64,000 nucleotides of DNA from positions 1,278 to 65,277 of the forward strand of contig NIVC01002845.1 of the NCBI GenBank assembly GCA_002269645.1, given 5' to 3'. A program made the translations under genes and the position numbers. Under the pieces are notes generated by a model. The model saw only the letters and a program-made list of their open reading frames with translations, had not been told where the DNA came from and did no database searches. Of this stretch, positions 1 to 13,647 are shown piece after piece. The stretch is from Macrostomum lignano. Taxonomy: Eukaryota. Positions within the stretch are counted from its first letter, which is position 1. Each line of letters opens with the position of its first letter.

Positions 1-1087
1 CGGATGTCCCAATTCCAGCCGAAATCAATTTGATATTTATTTATGCTTATTCGGGCAAGTCTTCATCATTTCAAGTCTTCAGCTGAAGCTGCGTCGTCCG
101 CACCGGAGTTCGTTGTCGTGGTGACGGAAGCTGCCCTTCTCCCTCGACTTTGGCCGCATTTGATCGCGTGACTGCGGCAAGCAGACGGTTGCTGTGCCAT
201 CCAGCAGTTGCCATGCTCAAGCAGTACTTGGCCGCGAGATATCCTACTCCCCAGTCTCCTTAGATTTAAAACCCTCCCGTCTTGCCGACAATTTCACAAC
301 TCCCCGCTGCCACTCGGCAGGTGAGAAAACTGCAGCATGCCTCTCCCAAAGCAGTTGTGGCAGGAATTTCCTCTCCCGCAGTCTGCACGCGGTGCCAGAA
401 AAAATGCTAAAACTCGGGGCGAGAGAACGGCGCAGGGATAAAGAGACCGGCCGCGGGTCCAGCGCCGATAAGCGCCTATCCGTTGCCATCCCAGTTGCCC
501 GTGGTTGCCAGGTTGCAGGCTCTGGCGGCTCCCGGAAGCAATTATGCCATGCCAAGGCTGCAACCGATCACCTTCCCACGCCCAGCACCCCGGGCGGTAC
601 AAGACAAGTTGACAGAACAGATCCCATCCCGGCCTGATAGATGGCTGATAAAGCCCGCTTACTCGTTGCTAAGTTGGGGACTGTGCAGATTTAAGGGGCT
701 GGCAGGGCATTCCCCCGAAACAAGGCGGAACACGAGAGTCTGAAGAGGTCCAAGCCGCATGGATTTTCATTGACATCAATATTGCTCCGTGTGTTCCAGA
801 AGTTCATTGTTTTCCATTTCTACCTTTAAAAGCATTGGGTTACCTCTGGGTTTCCGCTCTCGCCTCGGCACTGCAGGCCCTCCGAAATGCCCACTGCTGT
901 ATGGAATCATTGAACTGCATCCAACTCAGCGAGAGAGCGTGGAACTGCACCTGCACCGCCACCCACCGGAATCAAAATATCCTTGGGAGTAATGTAGGGA
1001 CATTTCTGCCTTGACCAGCGCCTGTGATTTATCTTGTTTACCTAACCTTTGCCATGGGAACCCGACCAGCACCTCCGCCTCCTCTGG

Positions 1088-1704
<617 letters not shown>

Positions 1705-4648
1705 ACACAACAGCACCACAGAGCGATCAGTATTCTCATCAGATCACGAGCTTCAGTGGGAAATAGTTTAGAAAAAGCCAGCAAAATCTGCATGACAGAG
1801 GCGGGCAGCTTCGATACAAGCCTAATTGCCAAACTGCGAAATTCGTCAGGCAGAGCAGCCTGGGCTCGCACATCACATGTGTCAGTGGCAGGCAGCCGGG
1901 GGGGGGGGGCGCAGCAGCAGTTCTTCAATGTCACTATCGCAGCTTCCGGGCTCATTAATCGCTTTTTTCTCATTATCCAAATCGGGGGATTTCAGGGCAG
2001 GCCGGGACTGCCACCGCCCTCCTTCCCAGCCTGCTGTAACCTTCTCCGCCACACCCACTCGACTTTCTGTGACCGAGGGGAGGGGGCAGCGGGGATTGTA
2101 AAGGTGTCATTAGCTTAAGGCGGAATAAGTGGAGCCGAAAGCAGTTCAAGATCGGCCCGCAGTGATTGGAAGCAGAGCTGCTGCAGATTTCTAGAAAATA
2201 ATAGGATGTTGGGAACCGGGCATGAGGAATAACAAGGTGGAACGGGCGGCTTGTGTGCAGTCATAACAGCAGATGACAGCCATGATGCCGACAAGTAGGC
2301 GGTCTTCAGCGGGAAACTCTTTCAGGGGAAGAAGTGGCTGGGATTTGGATTGAGGGGAGATTTTTACGGTGAACCGGGCAGGCGCAGGGACACGCGCGGC
2401 CGGCATCACTTGGGGTTCGGGTTGCGGGATTCTCTCAGCCTTTAATCATGATTTATCCCGCTCGCCAGCGGAGGCCACCGGCCCGGCAAAGGCGCCTTCC
2501 GTGCCAGGAGGAGGGCTGCTGCTGCTGCTGCTGGAAGCGAAAGAAATCTGCGGAACAAAAATTGAACCACGAAGATGCTGATGATGATGATGCTTATCCA
2601 GCGAGAAGGCGGGATTTCTCTCCCAATCCTCTCCAACCCCCCCCCCACGTCTTGGTCAGCTCGCGCGGCAAGACGCGCCGGGGCTCCCGTCAGGTGCCGC
2701 AGCCATCGCTAGATGGCATCAAGATCCCGCCAGCTTGATTGGCAATATAAAAAGAGCCCAGCCGCGGTGCGGGGGGGGGTCCAGTTGTAGACTGTTAGAG
2801 ACGCAATCAATTCGGAGGCCGGTGTTGCCCCAGAAATTCCGAAGCCGGCCTTCAATCTCTTTTGCTGTTTCCTTGATTTCTTCTCTAATCCGCGGGCCCG
2901 GCCATCACCGGTCACTGGGGCCTCTCGGTTCCGCGCCGGTCGTCTTGTTTTCGCTGCCAGGTTCCCAGGTCTTAATGAGGTCTCCTCGCGGCCACTACAG
3001 CACCTTGGCCACGAGTTCGCACCCCCCTACCCCCTACGCATTCCCAGATCCCGCCTGCCCGAGCGGTGGAAAAACTTGTCGGCTCCCCTTCTATTTTTCA
3101 TTCTGAGGCAGCCACTAGAAGAGAGAGAGAGGGGATAAGGCGGGAAACTTGGGGATATTTTCTTTAGGGAAAAGCTTTCGAGCCGCGCAGTCATAAATGT
3201 GCAGTTTTTCATAAGCGCCCCCCCCCCCCCACCTACTAAATAAGACTGGCACGGAGGCCGCGGTTTTTAATATCCGAGCGCGACTCCGCGGAGCGCAACC
3301 TGTTGCTGAATAATCCGGCCGGTGTCCCCCCGCCTCCCGCCCTGCCGCTACTTCAAATTAAAGATTTCGCAATTTGGCTGAACCGCCCCTGGCCTAAGGA
3401 TGAACTCCGACTTCTGCTCCTGATTGCGAGGGTTTGCCCTCCGCCTCATCTGCTGCTCCTCCTTGCCGTCCCACAGACCGAGGGGTGGCGGGGGGCATAA
3501 AAAGTCGAATGCGGAAGCATTTATCATAATATCCCCTGATTGTTATGCGGGACAGGCCTGCGGGACACCCGGCCCGTGTCTCTCTGAGTCGGGCGCCGGC
3601 TCAGTCGTAAAAAACGGCACCCGATTCCCAGAGCCAGCGCCAGGGATTGGGAGGAGGGTAGGAAGACGCCAGAATTAAGATGAGGGATTCCCAGAACTGG
3701 GGGGAGGAGGCTGGGCCGGAGGAAAATCGAACACTTTCGGTCTCTCAGCCGCAGATGGCTGGAGCACTGGCATGACATGCAGCGGCCTGCCGGCCAGTTG
3801 GATGAAAAGCCGCGATTTTTTCAGCTCCGGGTGGCGAAAGACGTGAGGCGGCATCAAGTGGAGGCTGAGCTCCATCTCAAGGTGGCCACTTAGCCGCACA
3901 GGAGGGTCTCCCGCGCCCCCTCCCGCTAAAACAATTAGCGTGAAAGGCGGGTCCTAAATCTGCTCCGTCTATGGGAGTATCGGAGGCTGATCCCAGGGAT
4001 ATTTCTCCCACTCTGGGTTCGACATGGCCGTGTCATAGCCGGGCCACCGAGCTGCTCCCAGATCCCCTTCGGGCTCCGGAGCCCCCGCCACCCCTCAGTC
4101 AGGCAAAATTATTCCCAAGAGGCTGGTGCCGGCTGAGACGGGAATTAATCCCGGCCGGCACCCTCTCCCACATCGCCCAGCCACCAAGCCTCATCAGTCA
4201 TCCGCGCGGGGGTCCGGCTGCCTCATCCTGCAGCAGCCCGCAATGCCCCGCCCGACAACAATCTGTGCGGCAGGGGAGAAGATCTCCTGACTGATGCCGC
4301 GGCTGACCTTGCGACACCGCCGGAGTCAAACATTGATACAGCGGCGGGAAAGTAGAGAGAAAAAAAGCAGAAGAAGCCGCCAGAAGATGCTGCAAGTGGC
4401 TTCATCACAAATCTCTTGGCTTAATCCTGCCCGCCCCGAACTCCGAGCTGGAGAGCGAAGGCGGTGTTTACTCAGTTCAATTATCCGGGCAAACACTGCG
4501 CCTGCTCAGCCCCTCTGCCGGCCACTCAATCGCTTGCAGACACTCGGGCTGAGCAACTGACGCTGGCAAACAGCGGGGGTGCCAGGGGATTAAGGGCCAG
4601 ATTGTCAGAATCTGTTAGTTTTTTCTCTTTCCATCCGAAAATCCGCAG

Positions 4649-7600
4649 GGCCTGCGATGCCAGAGCGCCGGCTGCGGCTGCGACCGCTTCAGCCCGGACG
4701 GCCGGCACCCGAGACAGTGCGACACCTGCCAGCACGGCTGGATCTACCACGGTGAGGCACCGCGGCCGGCTTGTGTGTCACTGAGCACTGTCATTGAGAA
4801 AGTGTGTCACTGATTGAGAAAGTGTGTCACTGATTGAGAAAGTGTGTCACTGAGCACTGTCATTGAGAAAGTGTGTCACTGATTGAGATAAAGTGTGTCA
4901 CTGATCGAGAAAGTGTGTCACTGATTGAGAGAGTGTGTCACTGATTGAGAAAGTGTGTCACTGATTGAGATAAAGTGTGTCACTGATCGAGAAAGTGTGT
5001 CACTGATTGAGAGAAAGTGTGTCACTGATTGAGAGAAAGTGTGTCACTGATTGAGAGAAGTGTGTCACTGATTGAGAGAGTGTGTCACTGATTGAGATAA
5101 AGTGTGTCACTGATCGAGAAAGTGTGTCACTGATTGAGAGAGTGTGTCACTGATTGAGAAAGTGTGTCACTGATTGAGAAAATGCGTCACTGATTGAGCC
5201 ATGACACGAATTGGTGTCAGGGACAGGTGCACCCAGTCCAGCATTTGAGCTCAGGTAACTTCAAATCAGGCAGCAATTTGCCGGAAAAAAGAATCGCAAA
5301 CCGCGGCTCTCGTCAGAAATTGGAAAAATTAGCGCAAAAAAATAGTTCAAGCTAAAGAGCGATGCAAATCGGCCGCGTTCCCGAGGAGACACCAGAATGC
5401 GATATGCGAGATGACGTTTGAAAACATGGGCAGCAGGCAGGAAAGCATTCCAGAGCTGCTTCTGCTGCTAAGAGGGGCCTCGGAGCCCCAAGCCGAGCTT
5501 CGGGATTCCAAAATTTGACAGCCAAAACCGCGGCAGCTGTCAACTTTAACAAAAGATGCCGCGCGGCCGCTGGGGGACCCTGAGACGCGGAGAGGACTTC
5601 TGTTCCCCTCCCAGACCGCAAACAAGTGGTGGCCCCCGTGGCCGCCCGTCAGTCCCGTTTGATCCGTCAACTCCCGGAAGAACGTGCGGGCAAAGTGAAG
5701 AAAAATGTCCTGCGCAGAGACGAGAAGACGCCGTCAGTGGCCGCATGTGGCGTCCCGGCGGACGAGCCCCGGACCGCAGTTGTTGGGGCGGCCACGGGGC
5801 TGGCGCGCTGCAATTAAAAAACCCAAGACGCGCAGCCGAGGGCACAAATGGCTTGGCCAGCGCCCGCCCCCCAGCTGAGATAGTTATCTACCTGACGTGT
5901 CAGGGACAAGGCCCGGACAGAACATGACACCGCCCTGTCACGGATCCCGGACTCCGGGGGCTTCGCCTCCCCTCTGCCCCATCCCCTGGCCCGTCTGTCT
6001 GGCCCAGAATGTCACTGAGGGCCGGTTGCTGCTGCAGACCATGCAGTCCCAACAGCGACCCGCATCATCAGCCCCAGCCTCCGCTTGTCAAAAAGAGGCC
6101 AGTCGCCAGCAACAAGGCTTTGCTTGTCTTCTTCTTCTGCTTCTGCTGCTTCTTCTAGAAGAAGTCAGCGGAGTTTGCTAATGTCGTTAGGGGCAATTAA
6201 CCGCGGCTCCTCCCCCGGCAGCACCACCTTGCTGAGACGCTGGAAAATATAATTAGGAGAAGTCAGGAAACCAGCGGATCGGGCAGAGAGCGAGAGAGAG
6301 AGAGAGAGAGAGAGAAGGCATTGACACCCGGATGACAGCGAATTCCTGCAATATTGCGCAGGTAGTGAAAGGAACAGTTTTGAACTCGGATGCGCTGCTG
6401 CTGCACATTCAAACTGGAAACCGAGTTTTTCGCATTCAGCCCCGGGCAGCTTGGTTGACGCGGTCCGGCCGCTCACGGGGTCAAGGCAGGCCTAGACGTA
6501 AGCAGAACGGATGAGACACCCAGGCCCGATTCGTCCCCTACCTGGGAACTCTCTGGGGACGCCGGACCCCCCCGGCTAAGTGGGTGTCCGCGCGGCGGGC
6601 CAGCCTCTTTATTCTTCGTTAGCTCGGCGAGATGCTGCTGACGGCCCGCCGGTCGTGTCGAAATGCCTCCCCAGGGACCGACCTGCTGCCGGCGGCAGGA
6701 CTGCCGGGAGAGGCAATTGTGAGGAATTCTTCAACTTGGTCGAAGTCTTGAAAGACGAAATAAGTGAGCGGAGGGGGACTTCCTGGCTCGCCTGGCAACT
6801 GGACCTGGTTTTGATAGATGCCGAGAAAACAGAGGACCAGCGTCACAGCGGGACACTTCCAAGGAGCATGACTTGGACACTTCGGTGGACTGGTGAAGGA
6901 GGGTGATCGCTGGCTATGGACACCGCCCGCTGATGCTAATCTGGGCCTGCTGGTCCCCGAGAGAGACAAAGAGGGCCAGCGTGCGTGCGAAGCCTTGCGT
7001 GTATAATGTGGCCGATCTCGCTGCGGGAGGCCTTGGTCAATCAATCAGAATCAGGTGTCCGTGCCGCCTGGAGCTACCGAACCGGTTTACCATGCTAAGT
7101 CAATAATGGGGCTTCAGATTTGCCGAATTACCACCGAATTCGATGCTCGGGCATTAGCTGCACCCAGTTGGTAGTTGGCGAAGACAATGATTGCCTGTCG
7201 AGCGGTCCGTGCTGCTCACTGAGTCTAGGGTTAGGGTTGGTCACTGAGCTAGGCTGTTAATCACTGAGCTAGGCTGTTTGTCACTGAGCTAGGCTGTTTG
7301 TCACTGAGCTAGGCTGTTGGTCACTGAGCTAGGCTGTTTGTCACTGAGCTAGGCTGTTGGTCACTGAGCTAGGCTGTTAATCACTGAGCTAGGCTGTTTG
7401 TCACTGAGCTAGGCTGTTTGTCACTGAGCTAGGCTGTTTGTCACTGAGCTAGGCTGTTGGTCACTGAGCTAGGCTGTTAATCACTGAGCTAGGCTGTTTG
7501 TCACTGAGCTAGGCTGTTTGTCACTGAGCTAGGCTGTTTGTCACTGAGCTAGGCTGTTTGTCACTGAGCTAGGCTGTTTGTCACTGAGCTAGGCTGTTAA

Positions 7601-10600
7601 TCACTGAGCTAGGCTGTTTGTCACTGAGCTAGGCTGTTGGTCACTGAGATAGGCTGTTGGTCACTGAGCTAGGCTGTTGGTCACTGAGATAGGCTGTTGG
7701 TCACTGAGCTAGGCTGTTTGTCACTGAGCTAGGCTGTTTGTCACTGAGCTAGGCTGTTGGTCACTGAGCTAGGCTGTTAATCATTGAGCTAGGCTGTTGG
7801 TCACTGAGATAGGCTGTTGGTCACTGAGCTAGGCTGTTGGTCACTGAGATAGGCTGTTGGTCTCTGAGCTAGGCTGTTAATCATTGAGCTAGGCTGTTGG
7901 TCACTGAGCTAGGCTGTTAATCATTGAGCTAGGCTGTTGGTCACTGAGCTAGGCTGTTAATCATTGAGCTAGGCTGTTGGTCACTGAGATAGGCTGTTGG
8001 TCACTGAGATAGGCTGTTGGTCACTGAGATAGGCTGTTGGTCACTGAGATAGGCTGTTGGTCACTGAGATAGGCTGTTGGTCATTGAGATAGGCTGTTGG
8101 TCACTGAGATAGGCTGTTGGTCACTGAGCTAGGCTGTTGGTCACCGACACTTCCGCAATCGGCATCCCGCAGTGCTGGACAAGCTGGGCAGCAGCGGCGA
8201 GCACCAGCAGCAGCAGCAACAGCCGGCAGCCTCGGTGGAGCTCGCCCGCCCCAGCCTCGTGTTCGACATCGCCAGCCTCGTTCTGTACGGCACCCAGGCC
8301 GCTCCAGTCCGCCTGAAGATCCTCCTGGACCGCCTGTTCTCCGTGCTGCAGCACAGCGAAGTGCTGCGCATCCTGCACGCCTTCGGCTGGCAGTACGAAG
8401 ACTACGCCAGGGGGTACATCCTGCAGGTGAGGCAGGGGGGTACATCCTGCAGGTGAGGCGGGGGGGGTACATCCTGCAGGTGAGGGGGGGGTACATCCTG
8501 CAGGTGAGGGGGGGTACATCCTGCAGGTGAGGGGGGGGGTACATCCTGCAGGTGAAGCGGAGGTCTCAGCCAATTTAGCCATCTCCTTCGGATCTATCGA
8601 TCTCACTTAGATCTATCAGTCCTTTTTACCTGAACCCTAATTTATGTCTGCCTGAACCCCTCTTTACCTGAACTCCAATGCTCCTGAACTCCAATGCACC
8701 TGAACTCCAATGCACCTGAACTCCAATGCACCTGAACTCCAATGCACCTGAACTCCAATGCACCTGAACTCCAATGCACCTGAACTCCAATGCACCTGAA
8801 CTCCAATGCACCTGAACTCCAATGCACCTGAACTCCAATGCACCTGAACTCCAATGCACCTGAACTCCAATGCACCTGAACTCCAATGCACCTGAACTCC
8901 AATGCACCTGAACTCCAATGCACCTGAACTCCAATGCACCTGAACTCCAATGCACCTGAACTCCAATGCACCTGAACTCCAATGCACCTGAACTCCAATG
9001 CACCTGAACTCCAATGCACCTGAACTCCAATGCACCTGAACTCCAATGCACCTGAACTCCAATGCACCTGAACTCCAATGCACCTGAACTCCAATGCACC
9101 TGAACCTTCAGGACAGTCGCGGCCGCGTCCTCGACGACTGGCAGATGAGCAGCCGCGAGGAGGAGCTGCTCGCCATCCAGCAGCTGCTGCGATTCGGCGA
9201 GACGCGGGTCCTGGCGCAGGCCATGCTGGCCCAGGAGGGCCGGCTGAGGCAGGAGACTGCTCACGCTGCTGCCGGCCTCATGCAGAGCCTCGCTGCCGCT
9301 GCCTCCGCCTATCTGCAGCAGCAGCAACCTCAGCAGCCTCAGCAGCACCAGCAGCACCTGCTGCACCAGCATCTTCTTCGCCAGCACCATCAGGCTCTCT
9401 GCATGCTGCCCAGTCCGAGTGAGTCGAAGCGATGCTATTCTGGCCGAAATAAATTTTTTTTCAATTCAAACTCACATATGCTACTCACATAGCTCAAGAT
9501 GGTTAGTAGTCTGTGTTAGTTACTATCTCTGACTGTCACATGGATAATCATGCAAAATCATCACTTGGATAATCACACAAAATCATCACTTGGATAATTA
9601 CACAAATAGTCACATGGATAATCACACACATAGTCACATGGATAATCACACAAATTCATCAGTTGGATAATCACACAAATAGCCACATGGATAATCACAC
9701 AAATAGCCACATGGATAATCACACAAATAGCCACATGGATAATCACACACATAGTCACATGGATAATCGCACAAATAGCCACATGGATAATCACACAAAT
9801 AGCCACATGGATAATCACACAAATAGCCACATGGATAATCACACAAATAGCCACATGGATAATCACACAAATAGCCACATGGATAATCACACACATAGTC
9901 ACATGGATAATCGCACAAATAGCCACATGGATAATCACACAAATAGCCACATGGATAATCACACACATAGTCACATGGATAATCACACATATAGCCACAT
10001 GGATAATCACACAAATAGTCACATGGATAATCACACAAATAGTCACATGGATAATCACACACATAGCCACATGGATAATCACACAAATAGTCACATGGAT
10101 AATCACACAAATAGCCACATGGATAATCACACACATAGTCACATGGATAATCACACAAAAAGCCACATGGATAATCACACAAATAGTCACATGGATAATC
10201 ACACAAATAGTCACATGGATAATCACACAAATAGTCACATGGATAATCACACACATAGTCACATGGATAATCACACAAATAGCCACATGGATAATCACAC
10301 ACATAGCCACATGGATAATCACACAAATAACCACATGAATAATCACACAAATAGCCACATGGATAATCACACAAATAGCCACATGGATAATCACACAAAT
10401 AGTCACATGGATAATCACACATATAGCCACATGGATAATCACACAAATAGTCACATGGATAATCACACAAATAGTCACATGGATAATCACACACATAGCC
10501 ACATGGATAATCACACAAATAGTCACATGGATAATCACACAAATAGCCACATGGATAATCACACACATAGTCACATGGATAATCACACAAAAAGCCACAT

Positions 10601-12789
10601 GGATAATCACACAAATAGTCACATGGATAATCACACAAATAGTCACATGGATAATCACACAAATAGTCACATGGATAATCACACACATAGTCACATGGAT
10701 AATCACACAAATAGCCACATGGATAATCACACACATAGCCACATGGATAATCACACAAATAACCACATGAATAATCACACAAATAGCCACATGAATAATC
10801 ACACAAATAACCACATGGATAATCACACAAATAGTCACATGGATAATCACACAATCACTCATCAGCACGGTGGCCACCCAAACCAATCCCGCAGCCATCA
10901 ACTCGGACGTGTCCCCGACGCCGAAGCCGAAGCGCCCAGCAACCGCCGACGTTGCCTCCGCCTCAGCGGCTGCCGCCGACGCCGTCGTGGCTGCGAAATC
11001 GCGTCGCAAGCAGCAGCGCCTCGGCTGCTCGCCGACTCCTCGGGAACTCAGCGCCGATGCCGACGAGGACGCCGAAGCTGACGCTCAGCCGGAGCAGCGA
11101 TCGGGACATTCAACAGCCGAAGCCGAAGCGGGCACCGGAGACGAGGACTGCGAAGAAAAGTGCATCAACGATCTGGAAGATGCTGAGGTCGCCGATAACG
11201 GCCAGGTGAAGCCTCCGGAGGACGCGGGCAGCGACGCTGACGGCCTGGACGAGCGCGACGACCTGCTGGATGGCGAGGACGAAGAGGGCGAGTACTTGGA
11301 CGACGGTGAGGAGGTGACTTCAGACATCAACCAAGAGGAGCTGCTGGCACCGGACTGCGGCCTGGAGGTGTCCACCACCCCCACGACTTTGCTCAGCGGC
11401 GGCGGCAGCGGCGGAGTCGCGTCCTCCAGCTCGCTGCTGCAGGGCAGCGGCGGGGGCGTCAGCGGGGGAGTCCGCGGCCGGCCCTGCCTGTCGCAGAGCA
11501 AGCGCCGGGTGCTGTGCACCGTCTGCAACAAAACCTTCTGCGACAAGGGCGCGCTGAAGATCCACTACAGCGCCGTGCACCTGAAGGAGATGCACCGCTG
11601 CACCATCGCCGGCTGCAGCATGTGGTTCAGCTCGCGCCGCAGCCGCAACCGGCACTCTGCCAACCCCAACCCGCGGCTGCACATGTCGCACCCAAACCGA
11701 AAGCTGCCCGACGGCGCCCGCATCGTTGACGACGGCAGCGGGCGCAGCCTGGCCGGCAAGGCGCCAATGCCCAGCAACATCACCAACCCGCCGCTGGTGT
11801 CGGCGCCGATCCCCTCCCGCCAGCTGGACAGCAACATCGCCAAGGAGATCTTCGAGCAGGCCATCCGGTGCGGCAGTCAGCAGCGGCAGCAGCGCCAGCA
11901 GCAGAGCCTGGCTTCCATGTCGGAGGCCTCGGACACCGAGGACGCGGAAGCGGCTCTCGCTGCCAAGCTGGTCTCCGAGGATCCGCCAGCCAGCGACCTG
12001 GACTCGGAGGATAAGCTGCAGAGCCGGGGATCGCAGCAGCACCTGCAGCTCCATCACAGCCTCCTGCAGCAGCAGCCGCCAGCCTGCGGCCTGGACTCTT
12101 CGGCCGAGCCGCAGCACCCATGCGTCATCGAGGGCTGCAACGCCATCTTCCCGTCCAAGCGGAGCCGCGACCGGCACAGCGCCAACCTCAACCTGCACCG
12201 GAAGCTGCTGTCCACCAGCGGCGGCGGCGGCGGCGGCGGCTCCTTCCAGCAGCTGCAGGGCAAGCCGCAGGCGCAGCACCAGCAGCGGCCTTTCCAGCAG
12301 CCTTCAGCGGCGGAGGCGGCATTCAGCGAGTCAGCAACCGCGCAGCTGCCGCCTCCTCCGCCGGCCTTCCTGTCCGGCTTGTTCCCCTTCGGCGGCACTG
12401 CGGCGGGGCTGCGGACGGCCGCGGTTGGAGAGCGCGGCGGAGTCGGCGGCGGCCTTACGTCGACAACGATGGCGCACCCGGGCGCGCACCCACCGCCGCC
12501 ACCGCCTCCGCCGCCGCCTCCACCGTTTTTCCCAGCGGCCGCGGCGGCTGCCGCAGCTGCCGCATATTTTCAGCGCCAGCAGCAGCAGCGCCAGCATCCG
12601 GCGTCTGCGGCTGCTGCGGCAGCTGCCGCTGTGTCTGGCGGACAGCCGCTGCTGCCGCCGCCGAGCTTCGGCTTCCCCCTGCCGTCGATGGCGGCAGCGG
12701 CGGCCGCGGCGGCGGCAGCTGCTGGGGGATTCGGCAGCGGTGTTGGCGGCGGGATGCCCGGATCGTCGGAGAGCCTCCTGTCACCGTGA
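4649..12789 (+). CDS. BNC2: Basonuclin/disconnected-family C2H2 zinc-finger transcription factor, 5'-partial. Exons 4649-4751, 8173-8426, 9112-9418, 10895-12789; alternative end 10895-12785 + 12921-12984
   Basis: Spliced translation gives basonuclin N-domain motifs [44 protein letters not shown] and [18 protein letters not shown]...[10 protein letters not shown]. Fingers: [80 protein letters not shown]. All introns are GT-AG with consistent phases (1,0,1). Start exon not located; BNC1/BNC2/disco orthology not resolved. Confidence 0.9.
4773..5198. repeat. Intronic minisatellite, ~20-22 bp unit GTGTGTCACTGATTGAGAAA
   Basis: About 20 tandem copies starting ~20 nt after the donor at 4752. Confidence 0.97.
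6292..6315. repeat. (GA)n microsatellite
   Basis: Direct reading. Confidence 0.95.
7241..8144. repeat. Intronic minisatellite, 20 bp unit TCACTGAGCTAGGCTGTTGG
   Basis: About 45 copies ending ~28 nt before the acceptor at 8172. Confidence 0.98.
8411..8556 (+). repeat. Six tandem copies of the exon end plus 5' splice site (GGTACATCCTGCAG|GTGA + G-run)
   Basis: Copies end at 8426, 8452, 8479, 8503, 8526 and 8551, each followed by GTGA. Confidence 0.95.
8666..9103. repeat. Intronic minisatellite, 16 bp unit ACCTGAACTCCAATGC
   Basis: About 27 near-perfect copies running into the acceptor ...ACCTTCAG|GAC at 9111. Confidence 0.98.
9537..10851. repeat. Intronic minisatellite, 24 bp unit CACATGGATAATCACACAAATAGC/T, with a 432-bp higher-order repeat
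   Basis: About 55 copies; diagnostic variants recur 432 bp apart (10152/10584). Confidence 0.98.
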
Positions 12790-13647
12790 GTGAGCATGCA
12801 ATTTATCATTGTGCCCACTTGCACCTGCAAGCCAATCACGAATGTATATAAGTTGATGAAGAGGCTCATTCAATAAACTCAGCATTTCTCTCCCCAACAA
12901 CCCCTTCAAATCCCCGGCAGATTTCGGCTTCCAAAGCTGCTGCCAGTCACCAACGGGCCCAAGGAGCGCGGCATGGAGACCTGACCGAATGCCTCATAAT
13001 GGAGCTTGGAACAACCGTTAAATATTATCAAACTATCGCTTAAATATTGTCTGATTGACTGTCAAATACTGAGCATTGCTTCGCTTTGTAAATGTAACAG
13101 ATTTAATTTGTACACGCGGGCAGCCACTTTTTCTCAAGCATCGCTATTAATATTCTGTAGCTCTAGGATGACCCAATCTTGCTACTTATATCAGTATTTA
13201 ATGGATTTGTAGGCCGTGTTTCTATGATGTACAGCTTATCTGTGCGGCTCTCGGCATTGCACATGTATTTCGCACTGCATCTGCATCTAAATTATGGCTA
13301 ATTATGATCAAGTTGGTCGTTAAAAGACTTGTCAAACACGGAACGCGCTACTTACGAGCGTATTGTCAGTAGTTAGAAGCAACGGCTTTGTTTTACGCTG
13401 ATTATTGTCCCTACGTCGGTTGTTTGATGTTTTGCTTTCTGCTTTATAGAACAGGCGTGCTGCTAATTGCATATGAAATAAACGAAAAATACTGTAGAGG
13501 CTCATCCAGGTTAATTGCGCAACTTCTCTGCTGATTTATGTGCGAGTTCGCTTGCTTGCTAATACAGTTACACTTGTGAAACAAACACTACATGTGTGTT
13601 AATCGTTTGAGTCGTGCTGAGTAGAGAGATATGCAACAAAAAACTCT

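Noticed and set aside
194-992. Several short ORFs at the window start
   Set aside because: No motifs, no consistent splice chain and no coding bias recognised.
2448-2738. ORF with a phase-0 donor near 2691 as the basonuclin first exon
   Set aside because: Phase fits but the sequence is not protein-like, and it lies upstream of a TATA-like element at ~2745; unsupported.
9573-11081. 400-480 aa ORFs ([18 protein letters not shown] repeats)
   Set aside because: Frames of the 24-bp array lying inside a phase-consistent basonuclin intron.
11085-12869. Multiple long antisense and alternate-frame ORFs over basonuclin; likewise over DDX41, the poly-Q gene and the toxin gene
   Set aside because: Shadow ORFs of GC-rich or biased coding sequence.
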